Source: a virus
Lineage: Duplodnaviria; Caudoviricetes
Direction: 5' to 3' (one strand)
DNA length: 64,000 nucleotides
IMG/VR virus record: IMGVR_UViG_3300033076_000411
Span: 19,233-83,232 of that record
Positions 26,961-36,377 of the stretch are shown here, in pieces. The position numbers and the translations under genes were made by a program. The stretch's first letter is position 1; each line of letters opens with the position of its first letter. The notes under the pieces are model-generated. The model made no database searches. It had not been told where the DNA came from and was given only the letters and a program-made list of their open reading frames with translations.

Positions 26961-28499
26961 TTAACTCGATTTCTGTCCAGGTTGTGTAGGCGGATATGGG
27001 TTAGGAGGCAAGTTGCCGTCTTGGTCGCCGTTGTCTGCTTTGGGTTTAAGAATCTGCGACAAACTTTGGCGACTTGGAATGTTGCCCATATCTGTTGTTG
27101 GCACAGTGTATGTATTGTTAACAAAGGACGAGCGTAAAGTATTATTGGTGTTACCATTGTTGAGATCGTTGCGCACTTTGTCCTCTATCTTAATCCAACG
27201 TGCTCCATTGTAACGGAACAAACGATTTGGGAAATAATCTAAACGTAGGCAGTAATCGCCGGACACAGGATTCAACGGGAAAGCAACTCCGGAAGTAGCC
27301 GGCAAGCCGTTTGGCGGGACTCCGTCGCCTGTTAGATAACCTACTGTATAGCCATTGGTTTCTGGGCTAACACTCATGCCGCCTTGTGTTCCGTCCACTG
27401 TGGTAGTTGAGTCTGCGGTAATGCCATTTGGATTAGCAGGGCCGCCTGCGCTGCCAGTATACGGATCCCAAAATTGTCCATTGGATAATGCAACGCCAGC
27501 AGGAACGTTTTGTAAAGCGATCCAGTAATCAGTTCCTACGTTAACTATTGCACCGGTGCTGTAAACAGAATCTTGGTCCCACAAGTTAAACGTTGTTGGC
27601 ACACTAGGTGCTGGAGTAATTGTGGGCACAACATAAAATGGTGTAGTATCGTAGCCAGACAGCGGCACTTCCACGTTTGCTTGTGTGACGATAGCATCGT
27701 TGAGTTGATAATCTTTTTCGCGAGTACCCATTAAATCGCTTTGTGTTGGAGGCGTGTACTCTTCCCAATATGTTGTATTGGTAATATCAATATCTGCAGG
27801 TGTGTTAATCTTGGCTCGATAATATACATCACTTTGATTAACAATGCTTCCGGCAGGGTAGAAGTTCCCATTGTCCCAAATAGTTGAATCAACCATGGGC
27901 TTCTTAAGAACATCTTTGAATTCTTGAGAGTCTGTTAACGGTGTTGCTTTGACACGCCACAAGTGTGGTAACCAAGTTTGTGAAAATCCTTCGCTGGCAA
28001 ATGCTGCATCTTGTACAACATAGTATTTTGGCATAGCCTGCGGAATTGCAGAATTCAATGGATAGTAATCTTTTAAGTTTGGTACTTCTAGCACGTCGCC
28101 GTTCATTAACTTACGACCAAACGTATCAATCATGTCGTTGTAGTGAAACGTAATAAACAAAGTATCATTGTTTAGGAACAAGCCAAATTGCGTTAAATCA
28201 AAGTCAATGTCTTGCTGATTGTAAACACCCCGCATGACATAAATGTCTTGATCGTAAATTCTGTCGCGGTTTTCTAACAACAGCAAGTCTTGGATGTTCA
28301 ACGGATTTAAGTCGTCGTAGATTGGCTGTGTAGCATCTCCGTTGCCTGAAAGTGCAGAGTCCTCGCCACCTGTTTGTGGGCCCATGTATTTGTGGACAAA
28401 GATGTCTAGGCCCCCGACTGTGTACATTTCGGAGATTGTGCGGTCCAAAAACTGGTAATCGCGGGTTCTATTTGGGCGGTAAAGACTTAAACGTGGCAT
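26961..28499 (-). CDS. gp14: Neck/head-completion protein, T4 gp14-like, with two inserted CBM5/12-like modules
   Basis: N-terminal DYQFLDRTISEMYTVGGLDIFVHKY, then QFGLFLNNDTLFITFH and GDVLEVP. Inserts WDNGNFYPAGSIVNQSDVYYRAK and WDQDSVYSTGAIVNVGTDYWIA. Confidence 0.7.
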   Translation of the reverse strand: MPRLSLYRPNRTRDYQFLDRTISEMYTVGGLDIFVHKYMGPQTGGEDSALSGNGDATQPIYDDLNPLNIQDLLLLENRDRIYDQDIYVMRGVYNQQDIDFDLTQFGLFLNNDTLFITFHYNDMIDTFGRKLMNGDVLEVPNLKDYYPLNSAIPQAMPKYYVVQDAAFASEGFSQTWLPHLWRVKATPLTDSQEFKDVLKKPMVDSTIWDNGNFYPAGSIVNQSDVYYRAKINTPADIDITNTTYWEEYTPPTQSDLMGTREKDYQLNDAIVTQANVEVPLSGYDTTPFYVVPTITPAPSVPTTFNLWDQDSVYSTGAIVNVGTDYWIALQNVPAGVALSNGQFWDPYTGSAGGPANPNGITADSTTTVDGTQGGMSVSPETNGYTVGYLTGDGVPPNGLPATSGVAFPLNPVSGDYCLRLDYFPNRLFRYNGARWIKIEDKVRNDLNNGNTNNTLRSSFVNNTYTVPTTDMGNIPSRQSLSQILKPKADNGDQDGNLPPNPYPPTQPGQKSS

Positions 28500-28507
28500 A
28501 GTAGTAC

Positions 28508-28513
28508 TATTTA
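28508..28513 (-). promoter_or_regulatory. Late promoter box for the gp14/gp15/NUDIX unit
   Basis: TAAATA on the minus strand 8 nt upstream of ATG 28499. Confidence 0.55.
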
Positions 28514-28521
28514 GTTACTGG

Positions 28522-28550
28522 TTGACCATAAATTGAGCAAGTGCTATAAT
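28522..28550 (+). promoter_or_regulatory. Sigma70-type early promoter
   Basis: TTGACC-17 nt-TATAAT with extended -10 TGc. Confidence 0.8.
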
Positions 28551-28579
28551 TACACTTGTAACCACGAATTGGAGCCGAT

Positions 28580-29719
28580 ATGAAAGTAGCAAGCAAAGCA
28601 CTCAAACCCCTGAATCCCCGTAGCCCAGACACAAAGTATGTTGGGGACGAGCCTCTTTGGCGCGAGCAACCTACTGAAAATCGTTTTACTGCTCTAAGCC
28701 GTGCGTTTAATTGGTACAACTACTTTTATGGCAAAAAAGAAGCCAAGGACATGATTGCAACTTACTTGGATGCGCACGAACGCACCAAGGATGCAAAACA
28801 AATTCGTGCCCTTTCTGACAGCCAAATCCGCCTAACCACAGGTTGGTTGTGTCGCATGAGCATGATGGGCTTGCAACTCCACGAGCACGAGATTATCAAA
28901 CTAGACAACCTCATTGCTGAACTGTTGGCTATCAAAGAACAAGCCCGAGAAGAAGTCACAGTAGAAGAGGATGCCGCACCCAAAGTCACAATTCAAGATC
29001 GACTTCGCGACAAAGTGGGCGAGTGCATTGGTGAACTTGAGGGCTTGTTTGACGAGTTTATTGTTAACGGTGCAAAACTCAACGCTGACTACAAACCTGT
29101 GAGTCTGATGCGAAGCATGAATATTGCTCCGCAAATGGTATCAATGATCAAAGATCGTTGGGCTAAGAAACTGATTGAGTTTGAAGATGCTGTAGCAGGC
29201 AAAGATCCTGACTTGGCCAAAGCATACGACTACATGAACAAGAACCAACTCAAGCAATGCGTTAAGTTTTGCGAGTTAGTGCTCAGTGACTGTGGCTCTT
29301 ATGTGCAGATCAAGAAAGTGGAACGCAAGCCTCGCAAAGTCAAAGCAGTACCACCAGAAAAGAAAGCAGCCAAGTTTAAAATTTGTGCAGATTTCCCAGA
29401 ACTCAAACTCAAGTCACTGCCAGCGGCACAACTTGTTGACAAGTCAGAGGCATGGTTGTACGACAGTAAGAAGCGCAAACTGATCCACCTAGTGGCGGAC
29501 GAGTATGCCAAAGTGTTTACAGTCAAGAACAATGCTGTGATTGGATTCAGTACCACTGAAACTGTGCAAAAGACGCTTCGCAAACCAGCAGAGCAACTCA
29601 AGCAGATTACCACTGTTGGCAAGCCGGCTGCTCGCAAATACTTCAAGGATATCAAAGCCACTGAAGTAGCATGGAACGCTCGTGGCACAGAGAACTTGGT
29701 GGTGCTCCGAGTCTGGTAA
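28580..29719 (+). CDS. Hypothetical protein, Lys-rich C-terminal domain, early-expressed
   Basis: 379-aa ORF with RBS GGAG behind a sigma70 promoter; no recognisable catalytic motif. Confidence 0.6.
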   Translation: MKVASKALKPLNPRSPDTKYVGDEPLWREQPTENRFTALSRAFNWYNYFYGKKEAKDMIATYLDAHERTKDAKQIRALSDSQIRLTTGWLCRMSMMGLQLHEHEIIKLDNLIAELLAIKEQAREEVTVEEDAAPKVTIQDRLRDKVGECIGELEGLFDEFIVNGAKLNADYKPVSLMRSMNIAPQMVSMIKDRWAKKLIEFEDAVAGKDPDLAKAYDYMNKNQLKQCVKFCELVLSDCGSYVQIKKVERKPRKVKAVPPEKKAAKFKICADFPELKLKSLPAAQLVDKSEAWLYDSKKRKLIHLVADEYAKVFTVKNNAVIGFSTTETVQKTLRKPAEQLKQITTVGKPAARKYFKDIKATEVAWNARGTENLVVLRVW

Positions 29720-29728
29720 ATAGGATCT

Positions 29729-30625
29729 ATGGATCCTATTGCTCGCCCTGTTTTTAATAAAATTGAAGTCTACGTCACAAACGTTTGTAATCTAACTTGC
29801 GATCAGTGCAATAGATTTAATAACTTTGATTTCAAAGGGTGGCAACGCTGGAGTGATCATGCCGAGCAATACAAGCGTTGGGCAGAACTAATAGATCTAA
29901 AGGCCATCACCATAATGGGTGGTGAGCCTTTGCTTAATCCCACTATTGTAGAATGGATACACGGCCTTAACGATGCATTTGGCATTGAAGTACAGGTGCT
30001 AACAAACGGCACCCGCCTTAATCAAGTCAAGGGTTTGTATGACGCCATTGCACATGCTAGACCCCGCAACGGACACAGAAACAGTATTGCTATTAGTTTG
30101 CACAATCTAGCAGACTTAGAACAACTGCAAGCAGACATACACGAATTTCTAGATGGGCCTGTGCAACAAAACACACATCGTCCTGACTTATGGAATGCAG
30201 ACTATCAATACTCAGATCGCAACGGAGTATTCATAAACGTTTATTTTCAAAACAACTTTAATACATCCACTGTTCAAGTAAACGAAGCCGGGCGTTATGT
30301 ATTGTTTGACAATGATCCTGTGCTAGCACACGGTGCATGCACTTACGTTCGTTTTAAGAGTTATCATTTCATCCGAGGAAAACTTTATAAATGCGGTCCT
30401 GCGGCACTCCTGCCTGAGTTTGACGATCAACATACATTTGATATTTCGGACGCAGACCGCAAAATGTTGCACTCTTACAAGCCGTTGACTGTGGATAATT
30501 TTGCTGAATACAAAGAAGAGTTCTTGGAAAGTCTAAACAACCCAATTGATCAGTGTAAGTTCTGTCCTACACATAAAACAAACATAGTGATTGCTCCTGT
30601 GCGCAAAGGCAGCGTTAAACTATAA
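29729..30625 (+). CDS. Radical SAM domain protein (2 of 4)
   Basis: CNLTCDQC, MGGEPLLNP, VLTNG, C-terminal C..C (QCKFCP). TAAATA box at 29717-29722. Confidence 0.85.
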   Translation: MDPIARPVFNKIEVYVTNVCNLTCDQCNRFNNFDFKGWQRWSDHAEQYKRWAELIDLKAITIMGGEPLLNPTIVEWIHGLNDAFGIEVQVLTNGTRLNQVKGLYDAIAHARPRNGHRNSIAISLHNLADLEQLQADIHEFLDGPVQQNTHRPDLWNADYQYSDRNGVFINVYFQNNFNTSTVQVNEAGRYVLFDNDPVLAHGACTYVRFKSYHFIRGKLYKCGPAALLPEFDDQHTFDISDADRKMLHSYKPLTVDNFAEYKEEFLESLNNPIDQCKFCPTHKTNIVIAPVRKGSVKL

Positions 30626-30628
30626 ATA
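30621..30628 (+). promoter_or_regulatory. T4-type late promoter TATAAATA
   Basis: Exact T4 late consensus 17 nt upstream of the gp13-like start. Confidence 0.7.
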
Positions 30629-30645
30629 TAGCAACGGAGTTCCAC

Positions 30646-31407
30646 ATGGCACAAGACACGCTACAACAAGCAAAACAGAATCTAATAGAATATGTAAAGT
30701 TACAAATTGGTGATCAGATCGTTGATTTGGAACTAGACCCTGCACACTACGAAGCAGCATATCAAAAAACTATTGGCACATATCGTCAACGTGCAACCAG
30801 CGCCTATGAAGAAGCGTACATCTTCATGGAGTTGATCAAAGATGAAAACATTTACACTTTGCCCCAAGAAGTAGCCACTGTGCGACAAATTTTCCGTAGA
30901 ACTTTTGGTGACTCCACTGGCCCGTTTGCAAGTAACTTCGATCCGTTTGCTCAAGCAAGTTTGAACGTTTATCTAATGAACTTCAACGTTGCAGGTGGCC
31001 TAGCAACATACGATTTTTACTCACAATATGTTGAACTAGCAGGGCGTATGTTTGGCGCTTACATGAACTACACCTGGAATCCTGTAACCAAAAAACTACA
31101 GTTGATTCGTGATCCAAAAGGCACAGGCGAAAACGTGTTGCTTTGGGTGTACCAACTCAAACCAGAAATTCAATTGCTTGCTGATTATCAAATTGGACAA
31201 TGGATCCGTGACTACATGGTTGCTAACTGCAAAATGATCATTGGCGAAGCACGTGAGAAGTTCCAAAGCATTGCTGGCCCACAAGGTGGCTCAAGTCTAA
31301 ACGGTACTCAAATGAAAACAGAAGCCAAAGCAGACATGGACGCACTGTTACTGCAATTGGTAAACTACGTAGATGGCTCACAACCTCTAACTTGGGTAAT
31401 TGGATAA
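30646..31407 (+). CDS. gp13: Neck / head-tail adaptor protein, T4 gp13-like
   Basis: LIEYVKLQIGDQIVDLELDPAHY, WIRDYMVANCKMIIGEAREKF...GPQGGSSLNGTQM. Confidence 0.8.
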   Translation: MAQDTLQQAKQNLIEYVKLQIGDQIVDLELDPAHYEAAYQKTIGTYRQRATSAYEEAYIFMELIKDENIYTLPQEVATVRQIFRRTFGDSTGPFASNFDPFAQASLNVYLMNFNVAGGLATYDFYSQYVELAGRMFGAYMNYTWNPVTKKLQLIRDPKGTGENVLLWVYQLKPEIQLLADYQIGQWIRDYMVANCKMIIGEAREKFQSIAGPQGGSSLNGTQMKTEAKADMDALLLQLVNYVDGSQPLTWVIG

Positions 31408-31436
31408 TTGACATCATAGTGCATTGATGCTATAAT
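31408..31436 (+). promoter_or_regulatory. Sigma70-type early promoter
   Basis: TTGACA-17 nt-TATAAT with TGc extension. Confidence 0.85.
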
Positions 31437-31442
31437 AGCAAC

Positions 31443-31964
31443 ATGCACCTCATGATCGACTTAGAAGGGCTAGCAACTGGCCCGGATGCTACTATCCTAA
31501 CTATTGCTGCTCAAGCATTTGACCCTTTTGGTCGAGGCTATTACGAGCAATCTTACTATGCCCGAGTTACACTAGAAAGCCAGGAAAATCGAATGATTGA
31601 CGATGGCACAATTGAGTGGTGGGCAACGCAACCTGCTGTTGTGCGGGACGAAGCATTCAACGAAGACGGTCGTATTCCGCTGGACCAAGCCTTGGACGAA
31701 TTAGGGAAACTAATTTGGCACAGTAAAATGATCTGGGCTCAAGGTCCTACATACGACATGAACATTCTTGAGCATGCTTACAAAAGTTATCACAAACCCT
31801 TGCCCTGGAAATACTACATGGTGCGTGACAGCCGCACAGTATTTTCACTGTGGCCCGATCAGCCTATCCCGCCCACAAGTCATCATGCGCTAGAGGACTG
31901 CCGCAGACAAATTGGCATGCTACAAAATACGCTTAAATATCTCAACGTTACGGAGTTAAAATGA
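31443..31964 (+). CDS. 3'-5' exoribonuclease, DEDDh Rv2179c-like
   Basis: HLMIDLEGLAT, IWAQGPTYDMNILE, MVRDSRT, HHALEDC. Confidence 0.85.
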   Translation: MHLMIDLEGLATGPDATILTIAAQAFDPFGRGYYEQSYYARVTLESQENRMIDDGTIEWWATQPAVVRDEAFNEDGRIPLDQALDELGKLIWHSKMIWAQGPTYDMNILEHAYKSYHKPLPWKYYMVRDSRTVFSLWPDQPIPPTSHHALEDCRRQIGMLQNTLKYLNVTELK

Positions 31965-32623
31965 TCATTGGAATTTGTGGACTTATCGGCTCGGGCAAAG
32001 ATACCGCAGCAGATTATCTTGTAAACTTACATCACTTTCGCAGAGAAAGTTTTGCTAACACCCTAAAAGATGCAGTAGCACAAGTGTTTGGCTGGGACAG
32101 AACAATGCTAGAAGGGCGCACAAAACACTCAAGAGAGTGGCGCGAGCAAGTTGATCCATGGTGGGCAGAACGCCTCAAAATGCCTAATTTAACCCCGCGT
32201 TGGGTACTACAGCAATGGGGTACAAATGTCCTAAGAACTGGATTCCACGACGATATTTGGATTGCTAGTTTAGAAAACAAACTACGTAATACCACTGATG
32301 ATGTTGTTATTACTGATTGCAGATTCCCTAACGAAATCAAAGCAATCAAAGCCGCAGGCGGGATTGTTGTGCGTATTAGACGTGGTGATGAACCTGAATG
32401 GTATGATGCTGCTGTGGCATATAATCGTGGACCCAATGGTAATTCCCGTTGGTCGTTGAGCAAAAAGAAACTTGACGAACTAGGGGTTCATGCCAGTGAG
32501 TATAGTTGGATTGGCACTGATTTTGATCAGATCTTAGACAACAATGGAACACTGGACCATTTGTACACACAAGTTATGCATCTGGCTCAAGATCACCTTG
32601 CTTCCAAGGAAGATCACTCTTGA
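31961..32623 (+). CDS. gp1: Deoxynucleoside monophosphate kinase, T4 gp1-like
   Basis: MIIGICGLIGSGKDT P-loop, SFANTLKD, VVITDCRFPNE. Confidence 0.9.
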   Translation: MIIGICGLIGSGKDTAADYLVNLHHFRRESFANTLKDAVAQVFGWDRTMLEGRTKHSREWREQVDPWWAERLKMPNLTPRWVLQQWGTNVLRTGFHDDIWIASLENKLRNTTDDVVITDCRFPNEIKAIKAAGGIVVRIRRGDEPEWYDAAVAYNRGPNGNSRWSLSKKKLDELGVHASEYSWIGTDFDQILDNNGTLDHLYTQVMHLAQDHLASKEDHS

Positions 32624-32921
32624 GCAACTCTTCAACACAGTTTTTACAAACACACTTTAAGTTTTTAGACGCTGTGTTGTTGAGATCACCGTCAACGTGA
32701 TATACTAATATTTGACTTGAGTAGCGTGCCTTAAAACTACACTTGTCACAACTCATCTTTTTCTTAAACCCCGCTGTTTCCCACCGGGGTTTTCTCTTGG
32801 CTATACCTTTGCCTTTGCGTTGGCAAGTCTCGCAGCGTTTGCGATAATGTGCAACACCGTCCTTGTAGTAGTTAACTGCACAAGGACGTTGGTTACATGC
32901 CTGACATATAGGTCTTTTCAT
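32574..32921 (-). CDS. Zn-binding HNH-like endonuclease
   Basis: CxxC pairs (CQAC, CETC, CDKC, CKNC) and LVYHVDGDLNN...NL. Start at MKRPICQAC (32921). Confidence 0.65.
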   Translation of the reverse strand: MKRPICQACNQRPCAVNYYKDGVAHYRKRCETCQRKGKGIAKRKPRWETAGFKKKMSCDKCSFKARYSSQILVYHVDGDLNNTASKNLKCVCKNCVEELLKSDLPWKQGDLEPDA

Positions 32922-32925
32922 GGTA

Positions 32926-32990
32926 TATTTATGGTGGACCTTTGCCAAAGGGCGGCGTAGAGCCACCTTTTTTGAATATACCTATAAATA
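32926..32990. promoter_or_regulatory. Divergent late promoter boxes
   Basis: TAAATA on minus (32926-32931) for the HNH gene; TATAAATA on plus (32983-32990) for the sheath gene. Confidence 0.6.
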
Positions 32991-33015
32991 TCTACAACTT
33001 GAAAAGGAAACCACT

Positions 33016-36000
33016 ATGGCTTTAGTATCACCCGGCGTAGAAGTAACAGTAATTGACGAGAGTCAGTATATCTCTTCTGCTGTCAACACAGTCCCTTATT
33101 TCTTAGTTGCAACTGCACAAAACAAAGTATCAAGCGATGGCGTAACCGTTGCCGCAGGTACTCTTGCAGCCAATGCAAACAAGACATATCTTATCACCAG
33201 TCAGCGAGATTTGGCAGCAACATTTGGCGTGCCGTTCTTCTATCAAACTACAACTGGTACACCTATCAATGGTTACGAACTCAATGAATACGGTTTGCTT
33301 GCTGCTTATTCAGCATTGGGCGTTACTAACCGTGCTTATGTTCAACGTGTTGATATTGACTTAACAGAATTAACTGCTAGTTTGAGCCGTCCACTTGGCA
33401 CTGCTGCAAATGGAACATTCTGGTTAGATACATCTACTACAACATGGGGTATCCAAGAATGGAATCAAACAACTAATACGTTTACTGTTAAAACTCCAAC
33501 AATTATCACTGATTCTGCTTATGTAGTAGATGCAGGCGCAGGCGATTATACACCTCTTGCATCGTTTGGTAGCATCGGTGATTACGCTGTAGTTGCATTG
33601 AGCATAGACAATCCAGGTTACTACAAAAATAGAAACAACGTTTGGGTCGAAATTGGCTCAGATGATTGGAAGTCATCATGGGCAACAATTATTGGTACTG
33701 CTACACCAACCAGTTTAACCATTGGTGCAGACATGTTTATTAACGATTCTCTAGTTACAGTTAGTTCTACAAATACTGTAGCCGGTTTTGCTGCACAAAT
33801 TAACAGTGCAGCGATCACAGGTGTAACCGCAGAAGCAGTCAACGGTAGATTGTTTATTTTTGCTGATTCAACTGCAACAAACGACGGATCAACCAGCACA
33901 GGTGGCGTTGTTGCTATCAACCCTGGTCCAACCAGCGGTGCAGCATTGTTTACAGCACTTGGTCTCACCAGTGGTGAATACGATGCACCACAATATCTCC
34001 CATCGTACAGTTATCAAAGCCCACGTTGGAGAACTACTGACACTAGCCCACGTCCAAGTGGTTCTGTATGGAACAACTTGAGCGTAGCAAACAATGGCGC
34101 AAACATCAAAGTTTCTAAATACAATTCTACTTTGGGTGCTTGGGTTGCTCAAACAACCAACATTTATCAGAACGATACTGCTGCAATTTATGCAATGGAC
34201 CCAACTGGCGGCGGTGCAAATATTCCAGTTGGAACAACATACATGGTGTACAATGCTGCCCCTGCGTATGTTAGTTACCCACACTTTGGTTTTGAATTGT
34301 TGGAAAAAATTGCCATCGGTCAAACTGTAATTACTGGTACAACAACCCCAACAGGCACAGCATTCAACGTAGGCGATAGTTTTAGTATTGTTGCAACGGC
34401 TGCTGGTCAGTCAACTAACAATTCTGGAACTGCTACAATTGGCGGCACAGGTACAGTGGCAGATTTTATCACTGCTGTTTCTGCTGCTGACGTTCCTTAT
34501 GTTACTGCTAGTGTAAACACAGCAGGCAACATTGTAATTACTCACACACAAGGCGGTTCTATTCTTGTTAGAAACGTCACTGGGTCTCCATTGACTACTG
34601 CTGGTTTTGCAGCAGCAACTCCACAAGTTCGTGTTAGTTCAACAGTTAACGGTGGCTTGCTATTGAGTAACTTTGTTACAGCACCTGAGTTTACATATAC
34701 TGCTAGCGACACTGCACCAGATCAAGATCCTGCCGCAGGCCGTCTATGGTACTACAGTACAGTAAGTGATGTAGATATCATGATTCAAAACAACGGTGCT
34801 TGGGTTGGTTATCAAAACGTTTCAAATGATGTTCGTGGTTTTGACTTGCGTAACACAAATGAATCAGGCCCGATCATTGCTGCAACTGCACCAACAACAC
34901 AAAATGACGTTGCTGAATCTCCGTTGCAATACGGCGACTTGTGGATTGATTCTAGTGACCTAGAAAACTATCCAGTGATGTATCGTTGGGAACCAGTGAG
35001 CGGAGTTGACCAGTGGGTGTCAATCAACACCACTGACCAAGTAACAGAAAACGGTATCTTGTTTGCAGATGCACGTTGGGCTCCTAATGGCACTACAGAT
35101 CCTGTAGCAGATCCATTGCCAACTATTGTTAGTTTGTTAACCAGCAACTACTTGGACTTAGATGCACCTAACCCTGCTCTATATCCACAAGGTATGTTGT
35201 TGTGGAACACACGTCGTTCGGGTTACAACGTCAAGAGTTTCCAACCATCTTACTTGACAGAAGCCAATTATCCAGATATCCCAACCTGGGTTACACAGTC
35301 TTATCCTACAGTCTCAAGCACTTGGGTAACAGCCAGTGGCAATAAGACAGACGGTAGCATGTACTCAGGTCGTCTTGCACAACGCAAGATGGTTGTTGCA
35401 GCAATGAAGTCTGGCTTGGATACAAGCACAGCAGCACGTGAAGAACAAAATCAGTTCAACATCATTGCAACTCCTGCATATCCTGAATTGACACCAAATA
35501 TGATTGCACTAAGCAACGAGCGCAACAATACATTGTTTGTTGTTGGTGATACACCAATGCGCTTGGCAGTAGATGGCAACAGTTTGGTTGAATGGGCTAC
35601 AGACAACAACGGTCTTGGCTTGCCAACAGAAGATGGTAACTCTGCTACAAGTAACTATTGTGGCGTGTTCTATCCATCATGCTTGACCAGTGATCTAAGC
35701 GGTAACGCTGTTGTTCAACCACCAAGCCACATGATGGTACGTACAATCTTGCGTTCAGATGCAGTAAGTTACCCATGGTTCGCTCCAGCAGGTACACGCC
35801 GCGGTGTTGTTGATAACGCTGTTGCAATTGGTTATATCGATTCAGCAACTGGCGAATTCCAACAAATTGGTGTAAGCCAAGCAGTTCGCGATATCTTGTA
35901 CGAGCGTAACATTAACCCAATTACCTATATTCCAGGTGTTGGTATTACAAACTTTGGTAACAAGACTTCTAAGGCTGTTACAACAGCATTGGATCGTATC

Positions 36001-36315
36001 AACGTTGCACGTTTGGTTGCATTCATGCGCGGTCGCTTAGAAGAAATTGGTAAGTTGTTCTTGTTTGAACCAAACGATGAACTCACACGTAACGAGATTT
36101 CTGGCTTGTGTACTAGCCTGATGATTGACTTGATTGCTAAACGAGCAATCTATGACTACCTAGTTGTTTGTGACTTGAGTAACAACACTCCTGCTCGTAT
36201 CGATAGAAACGAGTTGTGGGTTGACATTGCTATCGAGCCAGTGAAGGCCGTGGAATTCATCTACATTCCATTGCGTATTAAGAACACTGGTGAGATCTCA
36301 GGAGCAGCAGCCTAA
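33016..36315 (+). CDS. gp18: Contractile tail sheath protein, T4 gp18-like, enlarged (1099 aa)
   Basis: MALVSPGVEVTVIDES start with RBS AAGGA, FGVPFF, C-terminal WFAPAGTRRG, LYERNINPI, LDRINVARL, LFEPNDELTR, IEPVKAVEFIYI. Confidence 0.95.
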   Translation: MALVSPGVEVTVIDESQYISSAVNTVPYFLVATAQNKVSSDGVTVAAGTLAANANKTYLITSQRDLAATFGVPFFYQTTTGTPINGYELNEYGLLAAYSALGVTNRAYVQRVDIDLTELTASLSRPLGTAANGTFWLDTSTTTWGIQEWNQTTNTFTVKTPTIITDSAYVVDAGAGDYTPLASFGSIGDYAVVALSIDNPGYYKNRNNVWVEIGSDDWKSSWATIIGTATPTSLTIGADMFINDSLVTVSSTNTVAGFAAQINSAAITGVTAEAVNGRLFIFADSTATNDGSTSTGGVVAINPGPTSGAALFTALGLTSGEYDAPQYLPSYSYQSPRWRTTDTSPRPSGSVWNNLSVANNGANIKVSKYNSTLGAWVAQTTNIYQNDTAAIYAMDPTGGGANIPVGTTYMVYNAAPAYVSYPHFGFELLEKIAIGQTVITGTTTPTGTAFNVGDSFSIVATAAGQSTNNSGTATIGGTGTVADFITAVSAADVPYVTASVNTAGNIVITHTQGGSILVRNVTGSPLTTAGFAAATPQVRVSSTVNGGLLLSNFVTAPEFTYTASDTAPDQDPAAGRLWYYSTVSDVDIMIQNNGAWVGYQNVSNDVRGFDLRNTNESGPIIAATAPTTQNDVAESPLQYGDLWIDSSDLENYPVMYRWEPVSGVDQWVSINTTDQVTENGILFADARWAPNGTTDPVADPLPTIVSLLTSNYLDLDAPNPALYPQGMLLWNTRRSGYNVKSFQPSYLTEANYPDIPTWVTQSYPTVSSTWVTASGNKTDGSMYSGRLAQRKMVVAAMKSGLDTSTAAREEQNQFNIIATPAYPELTPNMIALSNERNNTLFVVGDTPMRLAVDGNSLVEWATDNNGLGLPTEDGNSATSNYCGVFYPSCLTSDLSGNAVVQPPSHMMVRTILRSDAVSYPWFAPAGTRRGVVDNAVAIGYIDSATGEFQQIGVSQAVRDILYERNINPITYIPGVGITNFGNKTSKAVTTALDRINVARLVAFMRGRLEEIGKLFLFEPNDELTRNEISGLCTSLMIDLIAKRAIYDYLVVCDLSNNTPARIDRNELWVDIAIEPVKAVEFIYIPLRIKNTGEISGAAA

Positions 36316-36321
36316 TAAACT

Positions 36322-36347
36322 GGGGGGTTAATTTTTAACCCTCCATT
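36322..36347 (+). terminator. Hairpin (probable terminator) between sheath and tube genes
   Basis: ggggggttaa-ttt-ttaaccctcc, followed by attt and a TAAATA box at 36353-36358. Confidence 0.55.
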
Positions 36348-36377
36348 TAAGGTAAATAACAATATAGGAGAATTTAA

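Noticed and set aside
32947-32973. Terminator-like hairpin aaagggcggc...gccaccttttttt
   Set aside because: The stem is imperfect and lies between two divergent promoters where no transcript needs to end; it may be incidental.
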